A DNA stretch of 64,000 nt from Bryobacterales bacterium (GCA_965248235.1 CBDFIU010000001.1:151313-215312); one strand, 5' to 3'; positions 18,096 through 28,091 are shown, counted from the first letter of the stretch. Notes: a model not told the origin generated them from the letters alone. Program-made: numbers and translations.

Positions 18096-18587
18096 ATGCC
18101 ACGCAACGTTTACGCGGAAATCCATCTCCACATCACCTGGCACGCGAAACGAAACGCCCCGATCATCGTCGACGATATCGAACGTCAACTGCATCAATAC
18201 TTACGTCAACGTATCGCCGAGGCGGAGGAGATCACCCTCCACGCCGTCGGAGGCGTCGCCGATCACCTTCACCTGGCCATTAGCGTGCCGCCGACCTTGA
18301 ACGTCAGCGAGTGGATCGGACAGCTCAAAGGCGCGAGTGCCCACTACATCAATCATCGGATAGCCAACCGCAAGCTTCTGGAATGGCAGAGGGGCTACGG
18401 CGTCGTGAGTTTCGGCACCAAGGATCTGCCGTGGGTCGTGGATTATATTCGCAACCAAAAACAGCACCACGCTCGGGGCGCAACGCATGAGCGGCTGGAG
18501 CGCATTGAGCAGGCGAGACCGGCGAGTACCGGTCGGAGACGCTTCGCGATCGCGACCTGCCTGGGAACCCAACCTGCCGAGTTATAG
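18096..18587 (+). CDS. IS200-like Y1 (HUH) transposase, possible REP-associated tyrosine transposase (RAYT)
   Basis: 'HLHITWHAKRN', HUH 'ADHLHLAISVPP', 'IGQLKGASAHYIN', catalytic-Tyr region 'WQRGYGVVSFG' and 'VVDYIRNQKQHH'. No TnpB partner is present. Confidence 0.8.
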   Translation: MPRNVYAEIHLHITWHAKRNAPIIVDDIERQLHQYLRQRIAEAEEITLHAVGGVADHLHLAISVPPTLNVSEWIGQLKGASAHYINHRIANRKLLEWQRGYGVVSFGTKDLPWVVDYIRNQKQHHARGATHERLERIEQARPASTGRRRFAIATCLGTQPAEL

Positions 18588-18604
18588 AGTTATAAAGTGT
18601 AGCT

Positions 18605-21040
18605 ATGGGTTGGTGCTCCCACGCTCGCCCCCGACAGGCGGTTGCCGAGCGTCATTGTCTCATCGCAACCGGCCGGGCTGACCGGAGCCGGTGGGCGATT
18701 TCGCTGACCGCGTCGATTGTCATTCTCGCTTCGGTCGCAAGTTGTCTCGCCGCCGATGCCCCTGAGCTTTCCGCCAAGCTCGATGCCGTTCTCGAACGAG
18801 CCGTCGCGGCCGGCAAGACTCCTGGGGCTGTTCTTCTCGTCACGCGCCAAGGCAAGGTCCTTTATCGCAAGGCTCACGGTTCGCGGTCACTTGAACCCGA
18901 GCGCCGGCCGATGGAGATCGACACGATCTTCGACTGCGCTTCGTTGACCAAGGTGCTGGTCACCGCGCCGGCGGTGATGATGCTGGTCGAGGAAGGGCGC
19001 TTGCGGCTGATCGATCGGGTGACGAAGCACCTGCCCGAGTTTTCGGGCGGCCAATCACCGATCACCGTCAAGCAACTGCTGACGCACTTTTCCGGCCTGC
19101 GTCCCGACGTGGATCTCGAACCCGTTTGGTCCGGCTATGGGACCGGCATTCAAAAGGCCTACGAAGAGGTCCCGATCGTCGAGCCGGGTTCGCGGTTCAT
19201 CTACAGCGACATCAACTATATCTTGCTCGCGGAAATCGTTCGCAAGATCAGCGGTAAACCTCTCGATGAGTTCGCCCGAGAACGAATCTTCGCGCCCTTG
19301 GGTATGAGCGAAACGAGTTTTCGGCCCGCGGCGAATTTGCTCCCACGCATCGCGCCCACCGAGCGGCTGCCCGACGGAACCCTACTGCACGGAACGGTCC
19401 ACGACCCGACCACGCGATACATGGGCGGTGTTGCCGGGCACGCGGGCGTGTTTTCGACCGCCGACGACCTTGGCCGCTTCGCGCAAATGATGCTCGACGG
19501 CGGGAGACGAGACGACGTGCGCCTACTGAGCCCACTGACGCTTGCCACAATGACCTCGGCGCAAAGCCCGCCTGCTCACCCGGCGTTGCGCGGGTTGGGC
19601 TGGGATATCGACTCCCCTTACTCCTCGACGCGCGGCGATCTGTTCCCTTCCGCTTCCTACGGGCACACCGGCTACACCGGCACATCGATGTGGATCGACC
19701 CCATCACCCACACCTACATCATTTTGTTGACGAACCGCGTGCACCCGACCGTTAAGACATCGATTGTCGATCTGCGCGGCCACGTCGCGAATGTCGTCGC
19801 CGGTACGATCGAAGATGCGGACGCCGACTCTCTGCGAGTCGCCTACAACGCCGCCCACCGACGCCGCGCCGCGCTTGTGGCCCGCATACGAGCCCCCCGG
19901 CGAGCGCAAGTCTTGAGCGGCCTCGACGTCCTGCTGCGCGATGAATTCAAACCCTTGGAGGGTATGCGCGTCGGCCTCATTACCAACCACACCGGTATCG
20001 ACCGCCATCGACGGCGCAATGTGGATCTATTCGCCGCGGCGCCGAATGTGCACCTCAAAGCGGTATTTACCCCCGAGCACGGGCTCGACGGCGCGCGCGA
20101 TCAGGCCGACATTCCCGATGCGACCGACGCGGGCGCCGGCGTGCCGGTCTACAGTCTCTATCGTAAAAACCACCGTCGCCCAACCTCCAAGATGCTTGAG
20201 GGTCTCGACGCGCTGGTCTTCGACATCCAGGACATCGGCGCGCGCTTTTATACCTACGCAACAACGATGGCCTACGCGATGGAAGAGGCAGCCAAGCACG
20301 ACATTGCTTTCTATGTCCTCGACCGGCCTAACCCGATCACGGGGCGAGTGGTGGAAGGACCCGTCCTCGACGAAGAGAACCGCTCGTTCATCGGCTATTT
20401 CCCGATGCCTGTGCGGCACGGCATGACGGTGGGCGAGTTGGCGGCGATGTTTAACGCCGAGCGGAAAATCGGCGCGGATTTGCGAATCATCAAGATGGAG
20501 GGCTGGCGGCGAAATCTTTGGTTTGACGAAACTCGCTTGCCATGGGTCGATCCGTCGCCGAACATCCAAACCCTCGATCAGGCGCTGCTCTATCCCGGCA
20601 TCGCCTTGCTTGAAAGTCTCCCCAACTATTCAGTCGGTCGCGGCACCGGAACGCCTTTTTTGTTCGTCGGCGCGGACTGGCTTGACGCCGAAGCGCTCCT
20701 CGGCCGCCTGCGCCGGGCGAACTTGCCCGGGGTTGCGTTTTACTCGGCACGCCGCACCCCGCGCGCTTCTCGTTTCGCCGGAGAGACGATCCAGGGAGTC
20801 CAGATCAACGTGCTCGACCGTGACGGTTTGCAGCCCACGCGGGTGGGGTTGGAAATTGCGTCGGCGCTCCTTGACCTCCACGGCGACCAAATCGACCTGG
20901 ACCGCACCATAAAACTAATCGGAGACACCGAAACCATAGAGGGGCTCAAAGCCGGCAGGAAAGCCGTGTCTCTATGGGTTGATTGGCGGAAGCAACAGGC
21001 TGAGTTCACGGCCTCACGGGCTCGCTATTTGCTCTATTGA
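18605..21040 (+). CDS. Fusion protein: serine beta-lactamase-fold hydrolase (AmiE/class-C-like) plus DUF1343 (NamZ-type exo-muramidase)
   Basis: N-terminal half has SxxK 'CASLTKVLV', 'YSDINY' and 'GHTGYTGTSMWIDP'. C-terminal half has 'GMRVGLITNHTGID', 'AVFTPEHGLDG' and 'LVFDIQDIGARFYTY' (DUF1343). One uninterrupted 811-codon frame. Confidence 0.75.
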   Translation: MGWCSHARPRQAVAERHCLIATGRADRSRWAISLTASIVILASVASCLAADAPELSAKLDAVLERAVAAGKTPGAVLLVTRQGKVLYRKAHGSRSLEPERRPMEIDTIFDCASLTKVLVTAPAVMMLVEEGRLRLIDRVTKHLPEFSGGQSPITVKQLLTHFSGLRPDVDLEPVWSGYGTGIQKAYEEVPIVEPGSRFIYSDINYILLAEIVRKISGKPLDEFARERIFAPLGMSETSFRPAANLLPRIAPTERLPDGTLLHGTVHDPTTRYMGGVAGHAGVFSTADDLGRFAQMMLDGGRRDDVRLLSPLTLATMTSAQSPPAHPALRGLGWDIDSPYSSTRGDLFPSASYGHTGYTGTSMWIDPITHTYIILLTNRVHPTVKTSIVDLRGHVANVVAGTIEDADADSLRVAYNAAHRRRAALVARIRAPRRAQVLSGLDVLLRDEFKPLEGMRVGLITNHTGIDRHRRRNVDLFAAAPNVHLKAVFTPEHGLDGARDQADIPDATDAGAGVPVYSLYRKNHRRPTSKMLEGLDALVFDIQDIGARFYTYATTMAYAMEEAAKHDIAFYVLDRPNPITGRVVEGPVLDEENRSFIGYFPMPVRHGMTVGELAAMFNAERKIGADLRIIKMEGWRRNLWFDETRLPWVDPSPNIQTLDQALLYPGIALLESLPNYSVGRGTGTPFLFVGADWLDAEALLGRLRRANLPGVAFYSARRTPRASRFAGETIQGVQINVLDRDGLQPTRVGLEIASALLDLHGDQIDLDRTIKLIGDTETIEGLKAGRKAVSLWVDWRKQQAEFTASRARYLLY

Positions 21041-21116
21041 CAAGGTGCCGGTCTAGACCGCGCCGCGCCGAACGATGCCGCGTACAAGGTGGAAATGAAT
21101 CTCTCAAGCTGGTAAG

Positions 21117-23750
21117 TTGGAGGCGGGCCTGTGCCCTGGAGGCATTGTTGTGCAGCGTTTCCGCGCAGCCGGCGGGTTTCTCCTCATACTTTTCGCCGGG
21201 ACCGTTTTGATTGTCGGCGGTGTCGTTCCCGCGGCTGCCGCGACTCCCGAGCCATTCGATTTCTTCGAATCGAAAATTCGGCCCCTGTTAGTTCAAAACT
21301 GCTACGGATGCCATAGCGCATCGGCCAAGCCTCGATTCGCCAACTTACACCTCGACAGCCGCGAGGGTATGCTGCGGGGCGGCGATCGCGGACCGGCACT
21401 CGTGCCCGGTGACCCCGACGCCAGCCGCCTGATCCAAGCCGTGCGGCACGAGGAACTCAAGATGCCGCCGACCGAGCCGCTTGCCCCGAGGCAGATCGCG
21501 GCGCTTGCCCGCTGGGTCGAGATGGGGGCGCCGTGGCCCCAAGATTCGGAAGATAAACAGGCGGCGGATGATCCCGTTGACGATTCCACCGAGCGGTTGA
21601 AACATTGGGCTTGGCAAGCGGTGATGCCCGCGCAGTCCGGGGGAGCCGAAGCCGCGCGGGGTACGGTCAGCGAGATTGATCGGCTTGTTCGCGCCCGGCT
21701 CGATGCGGCGGGCTTGACCGCCGCCGGCGAGGCCGACCGTTATACGTTGCTGCGGCGGATTACGTTTGACTTAACCGGGCTTCCGCCCACGACCGAGCAG
21801 ATCGAGGATTTCGTCAGCGACGACTCCGCCGACCGGTTTGAAAAGGTCGTCGATCGCCTGCTTGCGTCGCCCGGTTTTGGGGAGCGCTGGGGGCGCCATT
21901 GGCTCGACCTCACCGGTTACGCGGACAGCCTCGGCTTGGGCCGCCGCATTCCCGCTAAACAAGCTTGGCGCTACCGCGACTACGTCATCGACGCTTTCAA
22001 CCTCGACAAGCCTTATGACCAATTCGTTCGGGAGCAGGTTGCCGGGGACGTGCTCGATTGGGAAACCGACGCCCAGCGCCGAGAGCAGTTGATCGCCACC
22101 GGCTTTCTCGCCATCGGTCCGTTTGCGTTGGTCGACGCCGACAAAGTCCAGCTTCGGATGGACGTGATCGACAACCAGATCGACACGGTAGGGCGGGTTG
22201 TTCTCGGGATGACGCTCGGTTGTGCTCGTTGTCACGATCACAAGTTTGATCCGGTTTCGCATCGTGAATACTATGCGCTGGCCGGTATTTTCCGTAGCAC
22301 GAAGACCCTTCATGGCCGCCTGAGCGGCGTCTTCAGCGGCGTCAATGTACGGCCGCTGCCCGAGACGTCGGACGAGTTGCGTCGGCGGGCGGACGAGTTG
22401 GAGCGTTTTCCCGAGAAGTTGGAACAGGTGAAGGCCGAGGCAGCCGCGCTTCAGCAAGAGAAGGACCGTCTCGACGAGCTGAAAAAGCAACGGCGGGAAG
22501 GCGCGGGACAAGAAGGCTCGGAGCAGTCCGCGGAATCGAAACTAAAGGCCGGCGCCGAGGATTCCGCCGCCGACGAATTGGCCGAAAAGATCAAAAAGGT
22601 CGCCAAGAAATTGCGGCGGGCCAACAACCACGTCAAGCTGCTCGAGTTCACCAAGCCCGGCGTCCCGGCCGCGATCGCTCTCGAAGACCGCGACGTACCC
22701 GTCAACTCGCCGATTCACATTCAAGGGAACCCCCATGTCACCGGCGTTGAGGTTCCGCGCGGCTTCTTGGCCGTGGCGACGAAAACACCGCCCGAGCCCT
22801 TCGCGAACCGGCGCGATTTTCGGGGGAGCTATGTGAAATCGAGCGGCCGGTTGGAGCTGGCCCAGTGGCTGACCGAGCCCTCCAACCCCCTCACCGCGCG
22901 CGTGATGGTCAATCGGATTTGGGCCCATCTATTTGGCGCGGGGCTTGTGCGTTCGGTCGATAATTTCGGGCTGCGCGGCGAGAAGCCGAGCCATCCGCGA
23001 GTGCTTGACTTGTTGGCCGAGCGATTTGTCGAGGGTGGCTGGTCGATCAAGAAGACGGTACGCGAGATCGTGCTGAGCCGCGCTTATCGCCAAGCGGCCA
23101 CGCACGACGCGCAAGCCCATCAAGTCGACCCGGAGAATCGCTTACTCTGGCGCGCCAACCGGCGGCGGCTGGAAGCCGAGGCGTTTCGCGATGCGCTGTT
23201 GCTGATCAGCGGCAAGCTCGATCCAGGCCGCGGGGGGCCCTCGCTTCCGCTCGATTCGCCCGACGACGTCAATATTGATTTCCCGAGCTTTCTGGTCCCG
23301 AAAGCCAAGCTCGGCGAGGACGTTCTGTATCGCCGGACGGTCTACCTTCCGGTGGTTCGCAAGAGCCAGCTCGATCAGTTCGATATCCTCAACCTGTTTG
23401 ATTTCCCAGACCCCAATCAGATCACCGGGGCGCGGGCGGTCACGACGGTTCCCACGCAGAGCCTCTACATGATGAACGCACCATTCCCGAGGAGCCAGGC
23501 GCGCGTGACCGCCGAGGTGTTGCTTGCCGATAAGAAGGTTGGCGACCGCGAGCGCATCGAGCGCTTTACGTTCCAGGCGCTGAATCGGCCCGCGACTCCG
23601 ACCGAGATCGATCGCGCGCTGACGTTTCTGGCCGAGTTCGAAAAAGAGTCGAGCCGTTCGGACGAACCGCCGGAATCGCCCAGGCTCGAAGCCTGGACGC
23701 GATACTGCCACGCTGTTTTTGTCTCGAATGAGTTTCTGTTCCGAGGATGA
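21117..23750 (+). CDS. PSCyt1/DUF1549/DUF1553 protein
   Basis: 'CYGCHS' cytochrome-c motif, 'CARCHDHKFDP' (DUF1549 hallmark) and a C-terminal DUF1553-like region. ATGA overlap with the downstream DUF1501 gene. The start codon (TTG 21117) is uncertain. Confidence 0.8.
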   Translation: MEAGLCPGGIVVQRFRAAGGFLLILFAGTVLIVGGVVPAAAATPEPFDFFESKIRPLLVQNCYGCHSASAKPRFANLHLDSREGMLRGGDRGPALVPGDPDASRLIQAVRHEELKMPPTEPLAPRQIAALARWVEMGAPWPQDSEDKQAADDPVDDSTERLKHWAWQAVMPAQSGGAEAARGTVSEIDRLVRARLDAAGLTAAGEADRYTLLRRITFDLTGLPPTTEQIEDFVSDDSADRFEKVVDRLLASPGFGERWGRHWLDLTGYADSLGLGRRIPAKQAWRYRDYVIDAFNLDKPYDQFVREQVAGDVLDWETDAQRREQLIATGFLAIGPFALVDADKVQLRMDVIDNQIDTVGRVVLGMTLGCARCHDHKFDPVSHREYYALAGIFRSTKTLHGRLSGVFSGVNVRPLPETSDELRRRADELERFPEKLEQVKAEAAALQQEKDRLDELKKQRREGAGQEGSEQSAESKLKAGAEDSAADELAEKIKKVAKKLRRANNHVKLLEFTKPGVPAAIALEDRDVPVNSPIHIQGNPHVTGVEVPRGFLAVATKTPPEPFANRRDFRGSYVKSSGRLELAQWLTEPSNPLTARVMVNRIWAHLFGAGLVRSVDNFGLRGEKPSHPRVLDLLAERFVEGGWSIKKTVREIVLSRAYRQAATHDAQAHQVDPENRLLWRANRRRLEAEAFRDALLLISGKLDPGRGGPSLPLDSPDDVNIDFPSFLVPKAKLGEDVLYRRTVYLPVVRKSQLDQFDILNLFDFPDPNQITGARAVTTVPTQSLYMMNAPFPRSQARVTAEVLLADKKVGDRERIERFTFQALNRPATPTEIDRALTFLAEFEKESSRSDEPPESPRLEAWTRYCHAVFVSNEFLFRG

Positions 23751-25204
23751 TTGCCATGTCAACACGCAAAGCCCCACCGTTCTCGCGGCGTAAATTTCTG
23801 CAGACCAGCGGTTGCGGCTTCGGTGCCGCGGCCCTGGCCGCTTTGTGCCAACAGCAGGCCCAAGCGGCGGCCGGGCCTCTCGTGCCGAAACAGCCGCACT
23901 TCGCGCCGCGCGCCAAGCGAGTGATTTTTCTGTGGATGCAGGGCGGTCCCTCGCAGATCGACATGTTCGACTACAAGCCGCGCCTTGCAAAAGAGAGCGG
24001 CGACGCGCTGCCCTATGCCTTGCCGGCAAACCGTTCGGACATGCCCGGCTTTGAGGGCTCGCGCCTGCTGGGGCCGTTGTCGGGGTTTCAGCGCGCCGGT
24101 GAGTCGGGGCTGTGGATGACCGACATGCTGCCCAACTTGGCCGCGCACGCCGACGAGCTTTGCGTATTGAACGCCATGCAGGCCGACAGCGAAGCCCACG
24201 CGCCGGCGGTGCGGCAGCTTCATACGGGCGCGACGCAGTTCGTGCGGCCTTCGATGGGTTCGTGGACGGTCTACGGGCTGGGGACGGAGAACCAGAACAT
24301 GCCGGGTTTCTTGACCGTTTGCCCGATGCTGAGCGGCGACGGCGGAAGCGTGCAGCTTTTCGGCAACGCCTTTCTGCCGGCTGTTTATCAAGGAACGGCG
24401 ATCGGCAGCGCCGAGAGCGGCGGGGCCAAGGAAGCGCGCATACGGTATCTCGAAGCCCCGACGATTTCGTCGACTCTTCAGCGTCGTCAAATCAACCTGT
24501 TGCAACAGATGAACCACGACCACCTAGAGCGCCTCGAAACCGACCGCCGCATGGAAGGCGTGATCGAGTCGTTTGAGCTGGCCTTTCGGATGCAGTCGGA
24601 AGCGCCCGAGTTGATGGACTTGTCACACGAATCCAAACCGACGCTGGATCTGTACGGCATCGGTGAAGAAGAGACCGACAATTTCGGACGCCAATGCTTG
24701 TTGGCGCGGCGTTTCGCCGAAGCCGGGGTGCGCTTCATTCAAATCACCGACTACGGTTGGGATCACCACGCCGCCATCGCCGACGGCCTGCCGAAACGCT
24801 GCAAAGCGGTCGACAAGCCGATCTCGGGTTTGCTGGCTGATCTAAAAGCGCGCGGGTTGCTCGACGAAACTCTGCTGATCTGGTCGGGCGAGTTCGGACG
24901 TACGCCGCACTACCAAGACCTCTCCGACGGCAAAAAGGGCGCCGAAACCTACGGGCGCGGTCACAACCCGCTGGGCTTCTGCGCCTGGATGGCGGGGGGA
25001 GGCGTGCGGGGCGGCAAGGTCTACGGGGTCAGCGATGAGTACGGCTTCCGCGCGGTCGACGAGAAGGTCCACATCCACGACCTGCACGCGACCATGCTCC
25101 ACCTATTGGGCATGGACCACAAGAAGCTCACCTACCGCTACAGCGGCCGCGATTTCCGCCTGACGGATGTCGCCGGGCGGGTGGTAAAAGAGATCTTGGC
25201 GTAG
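23747..25204 (+). CDS. DUF1501 (sulfatase-fold) protein with Tat signal
   Basis: 'RRKFLQTSGCGFGAAALAAL' and 'GRGHNPLGF'. Translationally coupled to the DUF1553 gene. Confidence 0.8.
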   Translation: MIAMSTRKAPPFSRRKFLQTSGCGFGAAALAALCQQQAQAAAGPLVPKQPHFAPRAKRVIFLWMQGGPSQIDMFDYKPRLAKESGDALPYALPANRSDMPGFEGSRLLGPLSGFQRAGESGLWMTDMLPNLAAHADELCVLNAMQADSEAHAPAVRQLHTGATQFVRPSMGSWTVYGLGTENQNMPGFLTVCPMLSGDGGSVQLFGNAFLPAVYQGTAIGSAESGGAKEARIRYLEAPTISSTLQRRQINLLQQMNHDHLERLETDRRMEGVIESFELAFRMQSEAPELMDLSHESKPTLDLYGIGEEETDNFGRQCLLARRFAEAGVRFIQITDYGWDHHAAIADGLPKRCKAVDKPISGLLADLKARGLLDETLLIWSGEFGRTPHYQDLSDGKKGAETYGRGHNPLGFCAWMAGGGVRGGKVYGVSDEYGFRAVDEKVHIHDLHATMLHLLGMDHKKLTYRYSGRDFRLTDVAGRVVKEILA

Positions 25205-25212
25205 CGGGCCGG

Positions 25213-25232
25213 CCGCCGGAGCCCGGCGGTTT
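25213..25232 (+). terminator. Weak hairpin terminator candidate between convergent genes
   Basis: ccgccgg (25213-25219) / ccggcgg (25223-25229), 3-nt loop, followed by only ttt. Confidence 0.3.
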
Positions 25233-25263
25233 GATCCCTAGGCGGGAATTCGGGGTTGTTGGG

Positions 25264-26928
25264 CTACGGCAGCAGCAAAATCCCCCGCGCCAGCAAAATT
25301 AACGCCGCCACCACCCCGAAGGCCAGCACGAAACCGTTGATGTCGACGCGGAAGCGCCGGTAGAAGGTCCCCAGCCCCCGGCCCAACCCGAGGTTGAAAA
25401 CGTTGGCGACGAGTAGGTCGTGACCTTCCTCGGTTACCGCCTTTTCCTCGCCGCTTTCCTCATCGAGATAACTCGGGCTTTGGAGTCGTTCGTAAAAGAC
25501 GTCCAGCATCGCTTTTGGTTCGGGTTTCGTCAATAGGCTGATGACGATCAAGGTAGCGAAGCCGATCAACATCGAAACCCCGAAGTTCATCGCCTCCCAA
25601 CGCAACAGTACGCCGAAGTCTCTGTACGTCATCACGAAAAACAGCGTGCTCGAAATCACCAACGACGCGAAAGCGCCGTAGCGGTTGGCCCGCCTCCAAA
25701 CAATGGCTCCCAGCATGCTGATCCCCATGAAGGCCGCGATCGTTTCGGTGAATAAGAAGGCCTCGAGCACGATGTCCACATACAGGCCGAAGACAACACC
25801 GAGCGTCGTCACCGTCACGCCCGACAAGCGGCCCACCGTCATATAGTGGTGATCCGAACGGCCGCGCGCCAGAAAGCGGCGGTAGAAGTTCTGTGTAAAC
25901 AAAGCGCCGCCGTCGACGGTAAAGGCCGAGCAGGTGGACATGTTCGCCGCCAGCACGCAGGCGATCATCAGTCCCACGGCTCCGGGGAAAAGCAGTTCGC
26001 GCGTGGCGTACCCGAATGCGTCCTCGCGGTCGGCCAGCACGTCGCCGGTTTGGGTCAGCATCACGACGACGATCAGCCCGACGACCGCCCAGCCGATCGT
26101 GCAGAAGCGCTTGACGAAGTTGCCGTAGGCCATGCCGATACGGCAGCTGCGCTCGTCCTTGCCGGTACCCACGGCGGCAAGCATGTGGGGTTGCGCCATG
26201 ATCCCGATCAGGCCGTTGAGGGTCAGCATCACGATCGTAAAGACGCCGACGTCACCCGGCGTCACGAGCGAAAGCATCGCGGGTTCGACGCTTTCGCGAA
26301 TCCCTGAAAATCCTCCCACCCGCATCAGCCCCAGCGGAATCAACAGGAACGAAAGCCCGATGATGAAAAAGCTCTGCACAAAGTCGGTATAGGCCGCCGC
26401 CACCAAGCCGCCGACCAGGCTGTAGGCCAAGAATGTCGCGGTCATCACGATCACGACCATGTTGGGCGTCACAGCCTCTCCGGCGGCCACGCTGACGAGT
26501 TTGCCCGCGCCCTTGAGCATCGCCCCCATATTGAAAGCGAAGTAAGACAACGCGAAAATCGTATAGACCGCCCCCATGGCGACGCCGTAACGGTCTTCGC
26601 AAACCTCGCCAAGCGTCGTCCGCCGCATGCGTCGAAACAGCGGCCCCAGCAGCCAATAGAAAGGCGTGATGAAAAGGTTCTTCCACTGGTACCAGATCGC
26701 CGAGTAACCGGACTGAAAGACGGCTCCGGCCAGCGATACCGGCATTTCGGCGTGAGTGCCGACGCCGAACGCTTGGCCGATGATCAGCCAAACGCTGAAG
26801 CCGCGATTACCGAGAAAGTAGTCTTCGGTCTTCTTGACGCGCCGTGAAACAAACAGCCCGATGGCGACAATACCGGCGAAGTAGACGGCAATCACCAACC
26901 AATCGAGCCAGTGCAGGGTAATGCTCAT
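25264..26928 (-). CDS. Sodium:solute symporter (SSF) family transporter
   Basis: 554 aa with about 13-14 hydrophobic segments. N-terminal 'DWLVIAVYFAGIVAIGLFVSRRVKKTEDYFLGNR' is typical of SSF. Confidence 0.75.
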   Translation of the reverse strand: MSITLHWLDWLVIAVYFAGIVAIGLFVSRRVKKTEDYFLGNRGFSVWLIIGQAFGVGTHAEMPVSLAGAVFQSGYSAIWYQWKNLFITPFYWLLGPLFRRMRRTTLGEVCEDRYGVAMGAVYTIFALSYFAFNMGAMLKGAGKLVSVAAGEAVTPNMVVIVMTATFLAYSLVGGLVAAAYTDFVQSFFIIGLSFLLIPLGLMRVGGFSGIRESVEPAMLSLVTPGDVGVFTIVMLTLNGLIGIMAQPHMLAAVGTGKDERSCRIGMAYGNFVKRFCTIGWAVVGLIVVVMLTQTGDVLADREDAFGYATRELLFPGAVGLMIACVLAANMSTCSAFTVDGGALFTQNFYRRFLARGRSDHHYMTVGRLSGVTVTTLGVVFGLYVDIVLEAFLFTETIAAFMGISMLGAIVWRRANRYGAFASLVISSTLFFVMTYRDFGVLLRWEAMNFGVSMLIGFATLIVISLLTKPEPKAMLDVFYERLQSPSYLDEESGEEKAVTEEGHDLLVANVFNLGLGRGLGTFYRRFRVDINGFVLAFGVVAALILLARGILLLP

Positions 26929-27014
26929 GGCGAAGGCGGTTGGCTATTACAGCACAGTCACCGGGTTTGGCGAGAGGGAATCGGGTTATCCCGGCATCGT
27001 TGCTTGGCGGCCGC

Positions 27015-28091
27015 TCATCCAAAGCGAGCGAAAGCCAGGGCGAGAGCCGCCGCCAGCGAGACCGCGACAAGCCCCCACAGCAAACGCAAATGTGCTTTGG
27101 AAATGACGACCTCGGAGGGGCCGGCCTCCCGCGAGGCGCCGCCCGGTGGGTGCTCAATGCGGCGAGTCGGCGCCGAAACCGGTTTGGCGCGCTCGATTGC
27201 GGCAGGGGCGGCCGCGGCAGGGGGCGTGCGGCTCGACACGATCGGCTCGGCGTGAACGGCCCCGGCCGTCGCCGCCGACCCGCGCTGCTTGCGCAGACGT
27301 CGCAGATCGACCACCATGTCGTCGACGTGCTGATAGCGCTCGTCGGGGCTCTTCGCCAGCGCTTTGCCGAGAATCCGGTCGAGATCGGCGGGCAGGCCGG
27401 CGCGGCGGGCGGTTGGGGGTTGGTGCTTCCCGTTGACGATTTCGTAAAGAATGACCTGTTCGTAGTCGCCCACGAAAGGCAACTGTCCCGTCGCCATTTC
27501 ATACAGCACCACGCCCAGCGACCAGCAGTCGGAGCGCCGATCGGTCGGCTGTCCCATCGCCTGCTCGGGCGACATGTAAAGCGGTGTCCCCAGAGTCGTG
27601 CCCGACTTCGTCAGCTTGCTGCGATCCGACAGCAAGGCCAAGCCGAAATCCGTGATCTTCGGTTCGCCCTCGGGCGTGACCATGATGTTGGCGCTCTTGA
27701 TGTCACGGTGAACGATCTTACTTTCGTGGGCTCGTTGCAAACCGCTGCCCACGCCCATCGCGATCCGGAGTGCTTCGTCGAGCTCGAGAACTCCCTGGGC
27801 GAGCTTTTCCTGCAACGACGGACCCTCGATGTAAGCCATGGAGATGAAAGTTTCTCCCTCGGCCTCTTCGATTCCGTAAACGGCGCAGATATTGGGGTGA
27901 TCGAGTGAAGCAGCGGCCTGCGCTTCCCGAGAAAAACGCTCCCGATCTTCAGCATCGAGATTTTGTCCGGACAGGAATTTCAGCGCGATGACGCGGCGCA
28001 GGCTGAGGTCCTCGGCCTTGTAGACGACGCCCATCGCACCGTCGCCGACTTTTTCGAGGATCTTGTAGTGCGATAGGGTTCGGCCCGTCAT
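27015..28091 (-). CDS. Ser/Thr protein kinase, C-terminally membrane-anchored
   Basis: 'GDGAMGVVYKAED', 'IALKFL', 'HRDIKSANIMV', 'DFGLA' and 'GTPLYMSPEQ'. Pro/Ala-rich linker and terminal TM 'LLWGLVAVSLAAALALAFA'. Confidence 0.9.
   Translation of the reverse strand: MTGRTLSHYKILEKVGDGAMGVVYKAEDLSLRRVIALKFLSGQNLDAEDRERFSREAQAAASLDHPNICAVYGIEEAEGETFISMAYIEGPSLQEKLAQGVLELDEALRIAMGVGSGLQRAHESKIVHRDIKSANIMVTPEGEPKITDFGLALLSDRSKLTKSGTTLGTPLYMSPEQAMGQPTDRRSDCWSLGVVLYEMATGQLPFVGDYEQVILYEIVNGKHQPPTARRAGLPADLDRILGKALAKSPDERYQHVDDMVVDLRRLRKQRGSAATAGAVHAEPIVSSRTPPAAAAPAAIERAKPVSAPTRRIEHPPGGASREAGPSEVVISKAHLRLLWGLVAVSLAAALALAFARFG

Noticed and set aside
18605-21040. Whether the beta-lactamase-fold/DUF1343 ORF is two genes merged by an error.
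   Set aside because: Both halves are in one frame with an Ala/Arg-rich linker of about 40 aa and no nearby alternative stop or start pattern. It is kept as a genuine fusion pending read-level confirmation.
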